From: Octopus vulgaris
Taxonomy: Eukaryota
Length of the DNA: 64,000 bases
Reading direction: 5' to 3'
Assembly: GCA_951406725.2 (NCBI GenBank)
Contig: OX597827.1
Coordinates: 67,022,001-67,086,000, forward strand
Part shown: in pieces, positions 14,051 to 27,968 of the stretch
Layout of the letters: every line of letters starts with the position of its first letter
Position numbering within the stretch: position 1 is the stretch's first letter
The notes under the pieces: model-generated
Database searches by the model: none
The model's input: only the letters and a program-made list of their open reading frames with translations
Told to the model about the DNA's origin: nothing
Made by a program: the position numbers and the translations under genes

Positions 14051-14802
14051 TGGCTACATTGTATTGAAAGATATTTCATTTCAAATATATAACCATAAAA
14101 CACTCGTAATCACACTTCATGTCTTATGTCTGATTACAGTTTTGCTATGCAAGACTAAGCAGTGATACGTGTCAAAGTGATTTAAAGCTGCTTAGAAATA
14201 CCATAATTATACAAAACAACAGTAGAAATACGAAATAACGACATTTTCGAAATTTATGCTACATATCAGATGCACATTTCTAGTAGTTTCACCCAACGGA
14301 TATATTTAAGAGAATAAATGTGAAAATATAGCCTTTTCGCTCTGAAAGGAATAAATGTCTGCGTGTGTCTGTGATTATACAAATATATTTGTATATATAA
14401 ACTTACATATATAAACTTATAAATGCATACGTATTTACTCACACTCTCACAGAAGCGCCGTACGCGCAGACGTACACACATGTCAAGGACTCTCCTATTG
14501 TACATAACTGACAGATGAGGGCTTTTTGCAGTCGCTTGCTGAATAAACTGCACAGATGGTTTGTTTGCTGCGATCAAATGACTTTCTCTGCACATTGACT
14601 GATTGACTGCCAACATCAAATCGACATTGGTTGTATGTACACTTTCAGACTGTACCATGTGACATTTGTCGAAGTGGTTGCACAGCAACGTGAGTTGCTA
14701 TGGGGGACCCACATCCAGGCGCACATGTGAATTTCTTAATCTGACCTTTTTATTTCCGTACATACGCATATATAATATGTATATTTATGCAACGTTATGT
14801 AC

Positions 14803-14859
<57 letters not shown>

Positions 14860-15169
14860 CATACTACTCGAAACGTAAAATACTTTTTCTGTTCCCGAGT
14901 GCTATACTAATACATCTGTTTGTTTGTACACCACCTGCCTTTGTCTTTTGTTTATTTTCGTAAGCTTTCCCTTTATATATATACATATGCGTACACACTT
15001 ACATAGACTAATATATACACTTATGCACTTATATATATATATATCCTCTCGCATTTGTGGGTATATATACATACCCACACCCATACTCATGGATAAGTTA
15101 ATAAACCTACCAATTGGACTTTAAGTTTATATATATTTTCTCTTATTCTTTTACTTGTTTTTTATTACT

Positions 15170-15660
15170 TTTATTCTTTTACTTGTTTTACTATTCTTTT
15201 ACTTTAACTGCGACCATGCTGGAGTACGGCCTTTAGTCGAGCAAATCGACCCCGGGACTTAATCTTTGTAAGCCTAGTACTTTTTCTATCGGTATCTTTT
15301 GCCGAACCTCTAGCTTACGGGAACCTAAACACACCAGCATCGTTTGTCAAGCAATGTTGGGGGGACAAATACAGACACACACATATATATGTATCTGTAT
15401 GTGTGTGTGTGCGTTTGTGTGTGTGTGTATATGTATGTGTGTATGTATGTGTGTGTATAGGTATGTGTGTTTGTTACCCCCAACATCACTTAACAACCGA
15501 TGGGGGTGTGTTTACGTCCCCGAAACTTAGCGGTTCGGCAAAAAGAGACCGATTGAATAAGTACTAGGCTTACAAAGAATAAGTCCTGGGGGTCGATTTG
15601 CTCGAGTAAAGACGGTGCTCCAGTATGGCCGCAGTCAAATGACTGAAACACGTAAAAGAG

Positions 15661-15662
<2 letters not shown>
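15170..15662. mobile_element. Two family B 3' halves in inverted orientation around a TG-rich microsatellite
   Basis: 15170-15385 (-) and 15460-15662 (+) are reverse-complement homologues, e.g. tttgtaagcctagtactt and aagtactaggcttacaaag. Confidence 0.8.
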
Positions 15663-15755
<93 letters not shown>

Positions 15756-16620
15756 CTTGCCTGATACTCCTATAAACACACAGACGAAACTCACAATAGC
15801 TAGAGATTGATTAGACTAAATGAAATACACGATTAATCTTTACAATGGTATTGTAAAACTATTTTTTTCGGTGAGTGAACACTATACGTGTATGAATTAG
15901 TGATAAAGATCTGATATGAATCAAGGTGATAGCTAAGAACAATCATATAGGGCTTTTAGCATATTATTAATTGCCACTCTGTTTTTGACGACGTTGCACG
16001 GTGAATTTTCTTTGCAGTTTTGTGTATTATCGTGGCACTTTATCAGACTTCCATTAAAAAGGGGGCGATCTTATTTATATTGTAAGGTTGTCAAGTGGTA
16101 TATGTTGGTTATGTGATGAGGAAACAATAAGCACAAAGTAGAACGAAAATTGTTAAATAATGGACAGGACCTAGCCGATAGCATCAAGAAATTAGAAGGA
16201 GGAGGAGGAGGAGGAGGAGCAGAAGAAGAAGAAGAAGAAATGGTGTAAATTTGTGGACAGAAGTTTGCTTCCCAACTACATGGTTGCAGGTTCAATCTCA
16301 CTGAGTGGCACATCTGTTTTCCACTATACTCTCAGGTCGACTAAAGACTTTTGAGTAGACTTGGTATACAGAAAGTAAAATAAGCCAGGGTAGATATGTG
16401 TGTGTTTCCCACCTCAGCTTTATAACCGGTGTTGTTCTGTTTACGCCCAGCTATCCTAGTGGTTGGGGTAAATACAACGATAGAATAAGTCACTGGTTTT
16501 GAAAAATAATTAAGTACTGGGATCGATTCAGTCGACAAAAAAATATTTCAAGGTGCCGTAGTATGGCCACAAACTAAATACCTAAAGCGAGTTAAAGATA
16601 AAAGATATATGTGCGCATGT

Positions 16621-17013
16621 GTGGAGGCGCAATGGCCCAGTGGTTAAGGCAGCGAACTCGCGGTCATAGGATCGCGGTTTCCATTCCCAGACCGGGCGTT
16701 GTGAGTGTTTATTGAGCGAAAACACCTAAAGCTCCACGAGGCTCCGGCAGGGGGTGGTGGTGATCTCTGCTGTACTCTTTCGCCACAACTTTCTCTCACT
16801 CTTACTTCCTGTATCTGTTGTGCCTGTATTTCAAAGGGCCGGCCTTGTCACTCTCTGTGTCACGCTGAATATCCCCGAGAACTACGTTAAGGGTACGCGT
16901 GTCTGTGGAGTGCTCAGCCACTTACACGTTAATTTCACGAGCAGGCTGTTCCGTTGATTCGGATCAACCGGAACGCTCATCGTCGTAACTGACGGAGTGC
17001 TTCCAAAAAAAAA
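16621..17013 (+). mobile_element. SINE family C (tRNA-Arg-like head), full length, poly(A) tail and TSD
   Basis: A box tggcccagtgg; TSD atgtgcgcatgtgt at 16609-16622 and 17014-17027; A-run before the right TSD. Confidence 0.9.
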
Positions 17014-17844
17014 ATGTGCGCATGTGTCTGCATGTCTGTGCGTATGTGTCATTGTTTGTGCGTTTACGTGCGTATACGTCCGTGTGTGTGGGGGGGTGTC
17101 TGTGTCATTTCGCTTCTGTTTTATGTATCAGTATTTTTTGTGGAAAGAGAGATTTTCTAAGGAAGACATAAAAGCTCCGTTATTGGAATTTGATAAGAAC
17201 AAAAAACCATTTATATCAACCTATCAAACTCTGAGAAAATGGTCTTAGTTTGGTTTTACTGTTCCACTTATGAATTGTATCTGGACAGTGCATTGCATCC
17301 GGTTTATTTATTTGCTTGAAAAGCTTAAGTTTTTCTAGTTTTTTTTTTCACCTTTAGACATCTACTAAAGAAAAACCGACGCTACTGAATCTTATGTATG
17401 GATGCCCATTCGTATGTGTCCATTTATGTATGAAATTCCTATACGTATCTGTTTATCTAACAATACTCTGTTTTATCGACTACATTATTTCATTATTTTT
17501 CATCTGAGTAGGAAGAAAATCCTAAAGTATGTTACATGTTTCGGAAATATCGCATTTTCGAGTGTATATGTAGGATTGAAAACGGAACATAGTTTTCCTC
17601 CTCTTTGTCGCAGGTTTCTTTAACGCAAATAACTTATAGAAATAAGTCTTTTTGACTTACTTCGTCAACAGTATGCCATGGATTTAGTCAGATTACAGAT
17701 GATGGGAAAGATTTATCGTCTCATCAACTTAACGACAATATGCATTTCTACTGGTCTTCTTATCAGCAATGTCTTTCTCAAAAGGATTGACTAACAAAGA
17801 AAAGCACACTGTACATACACAAACAAACACCTACATATGCATGT

Positions 17845-18385
<541 letters not shown>

Positions 18386-18660
18386 TATATGCCATCCGTC
18401 TGCTTATTCAGTTTCTCGATAAAATATTCGTCTCTTCCCATGTCTCGTTCCTGTCTACATAACAATTCGTCGCTCAAACGCAATCACGACACAAAAACAC
18501 ATATAGATACGGAGAGTATCTAAATACGCACATATGTGTGTGTATATATATGAGTAGACATATATTGATTTAGATATAGATACAGATATAGTTATACACA
18601 TATATGTATGTATAAATGTACATTACGAATATAGGTTTGCATATATATATTTCTAGGTGG

Positions 18661-18703
<43 letters not shown>

Positions 18704-18710
<7 letters not shown>

Positions 18711-18995
18711 ATCACGTGACCGACCAGACCATCAGATGTTGTTACACATCGCTGGTCACAATGCGTTCGCATTGTTTTAGCCTTCGAATGACGCCACCCC
18801 GCTGGCTAAGCGAGCAGGCCAACAGAAGAAAGATTGGGAGAAAGAGTGGTGAAAGAGTACAGCAGGGATCACCTCCCCCTGCCGAAGCATCGTGGAGCTT
18901 TTTAGGTGTTTTCGCTCAATAAACACTCACAACGCCCGGCCTGGGAATCGAAAACGCGAGTCTGCTGCCCTAACCACTGGGTCATTGCGCCTCCA
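18704..18995 (-). mobile_element. SINE with a family C head and centre but a different 3' tail ending (CACGTGAT)2
   Basis: 18835-18995 matches family C up to ctttcaccac; 18704-18834 is unrelated to the family C tail. Confidence 0.8.
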
Positions 18996-19368
18996 TATAT
19001 ATATATTTGTATGCATTTGAGGTGTATTTCCCTCTTCAATATTGTCCTGCTAGTAAGCGAATTCGTATCGAGAGCGATCAGGTGCAATTTTTGTTTAATA
19101 ACTTAAAGACAAAGCAATAATTCCAAAGTTTTCAAACACAGACGTGATCAGACACACACTCACATTCCCACAACACACTTGTATGCGCGCGTGCCTGTGT
19201 GTGTGTGTGTATATGTATGTCTGTGCAGACAGAGAGAGTCGAATGAGGAATACACAAAATTAATTACTTCTTATTCCTCTATGAATGCCCTAGCTATGAG
19301 GAATAATTTACACGTATATAACTGTCTTCTCTATATACTCTCAATACACAGATTATATATACAGAGAT

Positions 19369-19565
19369 TGAGCTGGCAGAAACGTTAGCACGCCGGGCGA
19401 AATGCTCTGTTCTGAGTTCAAATTCCACTGAGGTCGACTTTGCCTTTCATCCTTTCGGGGTCGATTAAATAAGTACCAGTTACGCACTGGGGTCGATGTA
19501 ATCGACTTCATCCACTTGTATGTCTTTGTTTGTCCCCTCTATGTTTAGCCCCTTGTGAGCAATAA

Positions 19566-19567
<2 letters not shown>
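19369..19567 (+). mobile_element. SINE family A with internal deletion
   Basis: gagctggcagaaacgttagcacgccgggcgaaatgc...gagttcaaattcc...gccccttgtgagcaataaaga. Confidence 0.85.
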
Positions 19568-19599
<32 letters not shown>

Positions 19600-19601
<2 letters not shown>

Positions 19602-20540
19602 TTTACTTTCTCCACAAACAAAAAAAAGTTAGCGCTTAAACAATCAGGGGATGTTGGTGGACAAAGTACCTTCAAAATAATCCGTTCACTGAAAAACCCT
19701 TGAAGTAGCACCATGGTGATGCGCGAAGTATGTAGTGTAGCTTCATCTTGCTGAAAGTATGCATTATTAATTTCACTTGGCCTACAGATGGAGAGACGAT
19801 ATTTGAGCGAGATGTTTCGGTGTTGAGAGTGTCTTAAAAAAATATAGATCCCGCAATACGCTTTCTTGAAATTGCTATCCATACTCCAAATATTTCGGGA
19901 TGCAGAGATTGCTTATGCATCGTGTGTGTTTTATCAGCGCACCATAACCTTGTGTTTTGCAACTTTATGTGAAACCAAGCCTCATCGGTATAAAAACACC
20001 TATCCAACACTTCTATGCCTTTTTCGGCAACAAAATTTTGAAACCGATGACAATCACGGAGCCTTTTACCATGATCCATAGTCTCAAACTCTTGGATGAC
20101 GTTTGTATGGAAAGAAATTTAATTTCTGTTTTTACTGCTGTGTGAACACTTTCCGTTTCCGGTGACATTTTGCGTAAGGACTTTGACGGGGTTGCCAACA
20201 GTTTATCAGAAATATTGGAGAGTGTTTCGTCTGAAAGAACAGTAGACCTACTGTTCCTTGCTGCGTCTTCCACTGAGCCTGTGTTTCTAAATTTTCTTAT
20301 CAAATCCCGCAGAGTGTCACAATGTGGAGCAACATTATTTGGAAAACTATCACTGAACTTCTCTTTCACAGTATCTGTGTATTTGTTTCCAGTTCGAAAC
20401 ACCCGGTCAACTAAAAACATACGTCCTTCAATGTTTAGCATGTCGACACGCTGAAGGGTTCACGATGACTGAGCGATTGCCAAGTTGCGCATGCGCAGGA
20501 TGGAAAAGGTTCACTGCACAGAGATTTTTTGAACACCCTA
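19600..20540 (-). pseudogene. Decayed Tc1/mariner-superfamily transposase (DDxD, rosa/DUF4817-type N-terminus) with 5' TIR
   Basis: Frameshifted pieces LIRKFRNTGSVEDAAR / FYTDEAWFH..QNTRLW..GVWIAIS / YFQQDEATLHT..PPTSPD..FFL. The minus-strand end reads TA|TAGGGTGTTCAAAAAATCTC at 20540; the 3' end is lost. Confidence 0.85.
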
Positions 20541-20742
20541 TATAAATATAAGGAAGGCTTTATTTCAGAACAGCCGTTTACGTTTTGATATTGCCTACAT
20601 TTTGGAGGTAACATTTGGGAGGTAACAGCTGAGCACGAAGAGAGTGAGATTCATTTACATACATAGGTATATATATCCATCTATATATTTCTATATATTT
20701 CTCACTCTCCCTCCCTTCACTCTCTCTCTCAGTAAATATATG

Positions 20743-20795
<53 letters not shown>

Positions 20796-20915
20796 TCTCC
20801 CTGTTTAATTTTTGTTCCTTTCTTACTTCCCGAGCGTTAAACTAATGCATGTTTGTTGTTTAAACACCCGACTTCGTCTTTTGTTTTTTGTGAATTCTCA
20901 CAATATATATATATA

Positions 20916-20983
<68 letters not shown>

Positions 20984-21025
20984 CATACATACATACATAC
21001 ATACATACATACATACATACATACA

Positions 21026-21058
<33 letters not shown>

Positions 21059-21134
21059 GTGTGTGTTAAATAAAATGAGGTAAGAAAACCAAGGATGTGC
21101 GGAATTTTTCGGGACATTTATAAAGAGAAAGTTA

Positions 21135-21182
21135 GTCTTACAGCTGTTTATGTGATATTAGGAATATCCGTTCATCAGAGGC
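21135..21182 (-). ncRNA. Degenerate hammerhead motif (G12 mutated), same family as 8111-8164
   Basis: Minus strand: gcct-CTGATGA-acggatatt...aatatcaca-TAAA-cagctg-TA-agac. It shares the flank aaccaagg-tgtgc with the 8.1-kb copy. Confidence 0.55.
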
Positions 21183-21324
21183 GACGTGAGATGGTTAAAT
21201 AGAGGGAAATATTAGATTTCACTATGAAATGTTGTTTTGGAATACACGCACACATACATACACATATACACCTGCTTGCTCTTCATACTCTGTCTTCGAA
21301 TTTTGCATTTCTGTAAATTTCAAC

Positions 21325-21435
<111 letters not shown>

Positions 21436-21543
21436 GTGTGTGTGTGTGAGGATATAATGAGAGGGAGAAATAGATATTTGGGTTGTCATGATTACAAATA
21501 TACACACACATTCACTCACACAAAGGCACACACACATACACAC

Positions 21544-21634
<91 letters not shown>

Positions 21635-22027
21635 TTTGTTTGAATGAATATATTTTGAAATAATTCGTTGTCTCCGTTCCTGACAAGCTAGATAAGAATA
21701 TGTTATGAAATTTCTATTTATACAAATAAATATTAAATATTAAAAATAGGAATTACTTTCAAATAGGCTTCACAAAATCTAATATATGGGGTATCGTATA
21801 ATTATCCAACACTTATGACTAAATTCATGTACGTATTTATATATTCAACCTGAAATCATACAATCGCATATCTGTAGATATTTTTATCTGAACTGAAGAC
21901 GTACCATAAAAAAAAACTAAATTAGCTTCAAACTATCGAAATTATATAAGTTCACATAAAGCGATGGATAAACAGAATTAAGTAGTATAATATGCTTGTT
22001 TATAAGAATAGATACAACTATAAAATA

Positions 22028-22421
22028 CTAGCAGTATCGCCCGGCGTTGCTCGGGTTTGTTTCGACGCTTTAGAATTGGAATTTTTGAACAGTAAAAATT
22101 TTGCATTACGTAGCTTGTGTATTCTCTTTAAGTGAACATTTTTCTGGTTGAAATACACTGAAAAATGGCTACACAGCAGTTAAAAAATCGTAAAAAAATA
22201 AGGATTTTCATTGAAAAAAAGCACCTTTTTGATGTAAATAATTCTTGGTGTTAACATGGTCCGATTTGAATTTTTTCTTCTACTGAAGGAAGAGCAAGAT
22301 TTTTTCTATCATACTCTCAATGTTGGTCAACTTGCGCCGCAGGGTCTCGGAGGAGAGATAGGGTTAGTTGAAGGCTACCAAACCTGCCATACACAGAAAA
22401 CTATAGCTTTATATATAGAGA
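22028..22421 (-). mobile_element. Complete non-autonomous Helitron (family H1)
   Basis: Minus strand A|TCTCTATATATAAAGC ... CCCGAGCAACGCCGGG hairpin-CGATACTGCTAG|T, i.e. 5'-TC, 3' hairpin plus CTAG, A|T target and no TSD. Confidence 0.85.
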
Positions 22422-22814
22422 TTATCAATGTTTGTAATATATTATACGGCAAAAGAGAGCGATGTAGTTATAACTGTTACGAGATGGTCAGTTCATATGT
22501 TATGTGTAAATACAGACACACGCACACACATACACACACATATTAATACTAATGCTTAATGAATCTATTCACTAGTATGTATTTATCGTTTCGTACGCGA
22601 GGAAGCACTTTCTTTCTCTGCGTTTCACTCGGGATGCAACTATCAGATCTACAGGCAGGCATACATACATACATACGTACGTACATTCATACACATACGC
22701 ATGTAATATACTTATCACTATCTTTCTCTCTCTCTCTTTCCCTCTCTGTCTGTCCGTCTCTCTATAGATGTATGTATATATTCGACACGATAGATATCAA
22801 GCCACTAAACCATT

Positions 22815-22975
22815 TTTTTCTCTCCCTGTTTATTTCTGTGTTACTTTCTGTCGAAGAGCGTAGGCCCGAAACATAAAAAAAAAACTTTCTCGCTTCCCAA
22901 GCGTTAAACTAATACATCTGTTTGTTGTTTACACACCCGTTTTCTTCTTTTGTTTATTTTTTTGTAAATTCTCAC
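22815..22975 (+). repeat. Dispersed repeat family D carrying a degenerate hammerhead-like motif (also about 14865-14970, 20795-20900 and 33485-33600)
   Basis: CTGTCGA-agagcgtaggccc-GAAA-cata here and CTGGGGA-agagcgtaggctc-GAAA-tgtt at 33516. The copies share the downstream ttccc(g/a)agcgttaaactaatacatc. Confidence 0.6.
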
Positions 22976-22991
22976 TATGTGTATGTGTATG

Positions 22992-23042
<51 letters not shown>

Positions 23043-23309
23043 ATATATATATATAAAGCTTACTTGGGAAGAGGATGCGTGGCGTTCGATCAGATAATAA
23101 TATAAATAATATATATTTATATGCATATATACATACATATATGTACATGCCTACACATATATGTATATATACATGCATATATGGGTACAGGACATCAAAA
23201 AAACGTTGAACACATCGAGAAACACAAACATAAAAACAAAAACATACAAAACGAACTTTTTTTCGAACAACGTAAAAAAGTTCGTTCTGTGTTTCAGTCT
23301 GGTTCTTAA

Positions 23310-23690
23310 TCTACTCTTAACTCTTTTACTTGTTTCAGTCATGTGGCTGTGGCCATGTGGGAGCACTTCCTTTAGTCGAGCAAATCGACCCCAGGACTTA
23401 TTCTTTGTAAACCTAGTACTTATTCTATCGGTCTCTCCTGCCGAACCTCTAAGTTACGGGGACGTAAACACACCAGCATCGGTTGTCAAGTGATGTTGGT
23501 GGGGACAAACACAGACACACAAACATATACACACACATAAACATATATACATATATACGACGGGCTTCTTTCAGTTTCCGTCTACCAAATCCACTCACAA
23601 GGCTTTGGTCAGCCCGAGTCTATAGTAGAATACACTTGCCCAAGATGCCATGTGGTTCGTAAACAAGCTACTTACCACACAGCCACTCCT
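23310..23690 (-). mobile_element. SINE family B
   Basis: Colinear with 845-1256 apart from a small deletion in the head. Confidence 0.85.
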
Positions 23691-23984
23691 AAGCCTTTAT
23701 GGACTTTTGGTTATATTATGGTTATGTTAATTCTTGGCCACAACACCAGTATCGCCCTAGTGTACTTACAAAGGTACGTTTGCAGATACACGCAGATACA
23801 AAGACATACAAAGACACACATGCACGTATGCCCGCTGTCGCACACTCCGCCATCAGCACCGCCTATAGCAGCATCAGCACCACCACTACCATCACTAAGC
23901 ATAGCTCTATATCTTCTGCATTGTTACATTTATCGCATTCAACTATTCATGTTAGAACAGATGATACTAAAGTGCCACACATAC

Positions 23985-24218
23985 TTGTTTCTTTACTGCC
24001 CACAAGGAGCTACACACAGAGGGAACAAACAAGGACAGACAAAAGGATAAAATCGATTATATTGACCCCAGTGGGTAACTGGTACTTAATTTATCTACCC
24101 CGAAAGGATGAAAGGCAAAGTCGACCTCGGCGGAATTTGAACTCAGAACGTAGCGACAGACGAAATACTGCTAAGCATTTCGCCCGGCGTGCTAACGCTT
24201 CTGCCAGATCGCCGCCTT
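23985..24218 (-). mobile_element. SINE family A, full length
   Basis: Flanking direct repeat gtgccacac at 23972-23980 and 24221-24229. Confidence 0.88.
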
Positions 24219-24599
24219 ATGTGCCACACGTTCTGGCCGAAACCGGAATTACATGATTTCCAGAGGCACTTCTAGATCCGCATTGCTACGCCTGTACCTA
24301 TCTATGTTCTTATAAGCTAGATATTATAGTCACTATATTAACCTTTACTAGATATTTTCTGCAGGTTGGACTTTTTGAAAATACGTAACTATAACTTCAA
24401 TTCTTTGTGTGCGAGTAATCGATGCTAGTTCACAGCTGCTGGCAGAACTGGAAATGTCTGTAACTTATAACTATTATATTCTAACTGGAATTTCCTGTAG
24501 TAAATGAATTAACCTTTTCAGAACTACAATTGTTGACAGCACTGGTAATAACCACTGCTCAATTTTATCTCTTGTAAGTGTAAATTCCATTATTTTTTT

Positions 24600-24710
24600 C
24601 GAGTAACTACATCAATTTCTCAGCTTCTTCCTAGATTTTGATTAGCGTAGCTTGGTTAGTGGATAGGCATATTCTGTCTGCGAAATCTGTCCTCGATTAT
24701 GTAACCCATG
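24600..24710 (-). pseudogene. LINE (RTE-like) reverse-transcriptase fragment
   Basis: Minus translation DFADRICLSTNQATLIKI*EEAEKL resembles the RTE DFADDICL..EEAEK region. Confidence 0.45.
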
Positions 24711-25242
24711 AAGAATAAAAGAAAATAAGAGAAAGATTATATCATAAACGAGAACAAGAAATTTAGATTCAATTACTAGCGATTTTCTGATCAATTTTAA
24801 CATTTTTTAAGTGTAAATTAAATGTACATGAGTGGCAAACGTGATATACGTTTTTAGCTTGACACACCAGAAGAATTAGATTTACTCTTTGCTCAAAGTA
24901 CGTCAGCAGTTTTTGAATCAGCGGAGGCAGCTTGAGCAGTACAATCATCATTCATTGTAAAGTTTCATTTGTTGTTGCCAGAAAATTCTTCAGGTACGTA
25001 GTATTATTATTATGAAGGCAGCGTAAGGCGCTGAGCTGGCAGAATTGTTACCACACCGGGCGAAATGCTTATCGGCATTTCGTCCGTCTTTAAGTTCTGA
25101 GTCCAAATTCCGCCGGAGCCAAAATTTCTTTTTATCTTTTCGGGGACGATAAAATAGATACCAGTTCAAATCTGGGGTTGATTTAATCGTCCCCGTTGCC
25201 AAAATTTGAAACCATTATTATGAAGGTGGTATTACAATGACG

Positions 25243-25471
25243 AAGGCGGCGAGCTGGCAGAAACGTTAGCGTGCTGGACGAAATGCTTAGCGGTATTTCG
25301 TCTGCCGTTACGCTCTGAGTTCAAATTCCCCCGAGGTCAACTTTGCCTTTCATCCTTTCGGGGACGATTAAATAATTACCAATTATGCACTGGGGTCAAT
25401 ATGATCGACTTAATCCGTCTGCCTGTCCTTGTTTGTCTCCTCTGTGTTTAGCCCCTTATGGGTAGTAAAGA
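25243..25471 (+). mobile_element. SINE family A, full length, ~20-bp TSD, next to an older A-type copy (25015-25220)
   Basis: TSD aaggtggtattacaatgacg at 25223-25242 and 25472-25491. Confidence 0.9.
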
Positions 25472-25839
25472 AAGGTGGTATTACAATGACGTCTATTTTA
25501 TCCCTCAGCAAGATTCGCAGTTTTAATTGGAGTGAATGACTGCACTTAATTTCTATATCTTTTCTTTTATCTTTTATTTGTTTCAGTTATTGGACCGCGC
25601 CTATGCTGGCCACTGCCTAGAAAAGGTTCTGGTCGAACAAAACGATTCCAGGTCTTACTGTCTTAAGTCTGGTATTAAAACTATCGGTCTCTATTGCCGA
25701 ACCTAAGTTAGAGGACGGTAAAAACAAACCGACACCGGTTTTCAAGCAGTGGGGACGGGATACCAAAATACAGTGATACACACATACAAACTCTCTCTCT
25801 CTCTCTCTCTCTCTTTCACACACACACACAGACAGACAG

Positions 25840-25874
<35 letters not shown>

Positions 25875-26679
25875 TACATATACATACGTATATATATATA
25901 TATATACAACGGGCTTCCACGCGAATTCTGTCTATCAGATTCATTCGAAGGTATCGGTTGGCCCAAGATGCTGCGCAGTGGGACCGAACACGAAGGGACG
26001 TAGTTGTAAAAGGGGCTTTCTTAACCCCGTAAACATTCAGCGACATATTAAAATTTTCCTCTGGTGACGTTCTACTAGAAGTATATCATTTATTTCTCTT
26101 AAATTATAGAGGGTTCAGTTCGGTTAGAAACGAAGGTCGTAAAATTCTACAGTCAGAAAAAGACCGGCGGTGTTTCCAACAAGGTGTCAAGAAAGACGGG
26201 AAAATGCTCAGCAACTACGAAGTCAAATAATATGATTACCATTTATATCTGCTTTTCTGAATATTGAAAAATATATTGCAATGAAATAGCTCAATATCAT
26301 GTTACAGAGCGGCCACGTAAATGTGTTGTGAAGTTGTTCAATATGGAAAACATGTTACTCCTGGATTGCTTTGTTCTTACTGTTTATAAATTATCAGCAA
26401 CTTATGTGAAGGAAATTAATTTCAATTGGGAATTAATGCTCCAACGTAAATTTTCGTTTGGTATATAATTATCCGATTTTTCTTATTTTAACCTATATTT
26501 TCGTAACGATTTTTCTGCAACCTAACAATATTCAGTCTCTTAAATCACATCTGTATTACATTACGTATGACACTCTATCTATCACTCCGCCCAATTATAC
26601 ATCCCTCCCTCCCTCCATCCATCCATCCATCCATCCATCCATCCATCTGTCCGTCATCTCTGTCCATTATATCTTGGGT

Positions 26680-27090
26680 GATCGTTGGAGCAGAGTCCTG
26701 TGGCATTTCTTCTATAGCGCCAGTCAGAAATAATGGTGATTTCACATTTCGGCAGCATTCCAAATCGTGGTCAACTGAGCCGGTTCATATTATCCAAGGA
26801 TCTCATTCTTGGTCTACCACTAGGTTTTCTGCCAGAATACCACGGCTTGAAGAATTCGTTTCGGTAAACTTTTCTGCGAAATTCTAATTGCATATCCGTA
26901 TAACTGGAGCTGTGACTTCTCAATGCAGAAAAGTAGCGACTCCACCTGCAAAAACTCCTCGATTTTCGAGCTACGTATTCTGGAGAGTAATGTTACTCCA
27001 GAGATCATCCGAAGGAATCCACTTTCGATCACTAGTGCTCGTATTCGTGCTCTTTCAGTCATTGCTCAATATTCTTGAAGAAAAGTGACG
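26680..27090 (-). pseudogene. RTE-clade LINE ORF2 C-terminal fragment
   Basis: FLRMISGVTLLSRIRSSKI..LLFCIEKSQLQLYGYAIRI..LPKRILQA, then frameshifted GRPRMRSLDN, matching the RTE LRWxGHxxR..GRP..W motif. Confidence 0.8.
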
Positions 27091-27686
27091 TCAGGCAGGA
27101 TAACCGATCTGGAGATAGTAAGTTGGGTCTCGTTACCATCTCCTCTTTAGTGAGGATTCAATAGAGCTATCCCATTACATCACTCTTACTTAAAATCATT
27201 AACTTGAACAAATTGAGGCGAAACGTAAAAGTCAACAGTTACTATAGACTGAACCTGAAGAAATTAGATTTCATAAAATAATTTATGTCTTTTATCCGGG
27301 GTTAAAATCGTGTATGACAAGTAAAACGTCTACTATTACTATTAATATATTACAAATTATATTAACAAATTCGTGAAGTCAGAATCTATGAACTGCAAAG
27401 ATAGCATAAATCATTCCGTCATAATTTTTCAGTGAAGTAATAGGTGACTTATCTTGGCCATTGTCTATAATAGGATGCATAGAAATACAGGAACGTAAAT
27501 CGGAAGTGTATTTCAACGTCACGTCTCTGATCAGAGCACGTCTTTGAATCGTTCTAAAGAAAAGTGTCATGCACGTAGAAATGCGGAACTATTAAGTGAA
27601 TCGCACGTAATAATTCGTTCAACATACGTTGAAATATAGGCATACGTAATATACACAGTGTTGTATATATGTTATCTCACTCACTC

Positions 27687-27740
<54 letters not shown>

Positions 27741-27876
27741 CAATATATATATGTATATTTATATATATATTTATATATATATATATATATATACATATAT
27801 ATATGCATATATATATACATATATATATATATATACACATATATATATATACACATATATATATATATATATATGC

Positions 27877-27954
<78 letters not shown>

Positions 27955-27968
27955 CATATATATATATA

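Noticed and set aside
14266-14688. 140-aa minus-strand ORF in relatively complex sequence
   Set aside because: It has no recognisable motif or clear splice context, and its C-terminal part runs into low-complexity DNA.
16621-16700. tRNA-like sequences with A/B boxes as tRNA genes
   Set aside because: They are SINE heads that continue into conserved SINE bodies with tails and TSDs; no complete cloverleaf is present.
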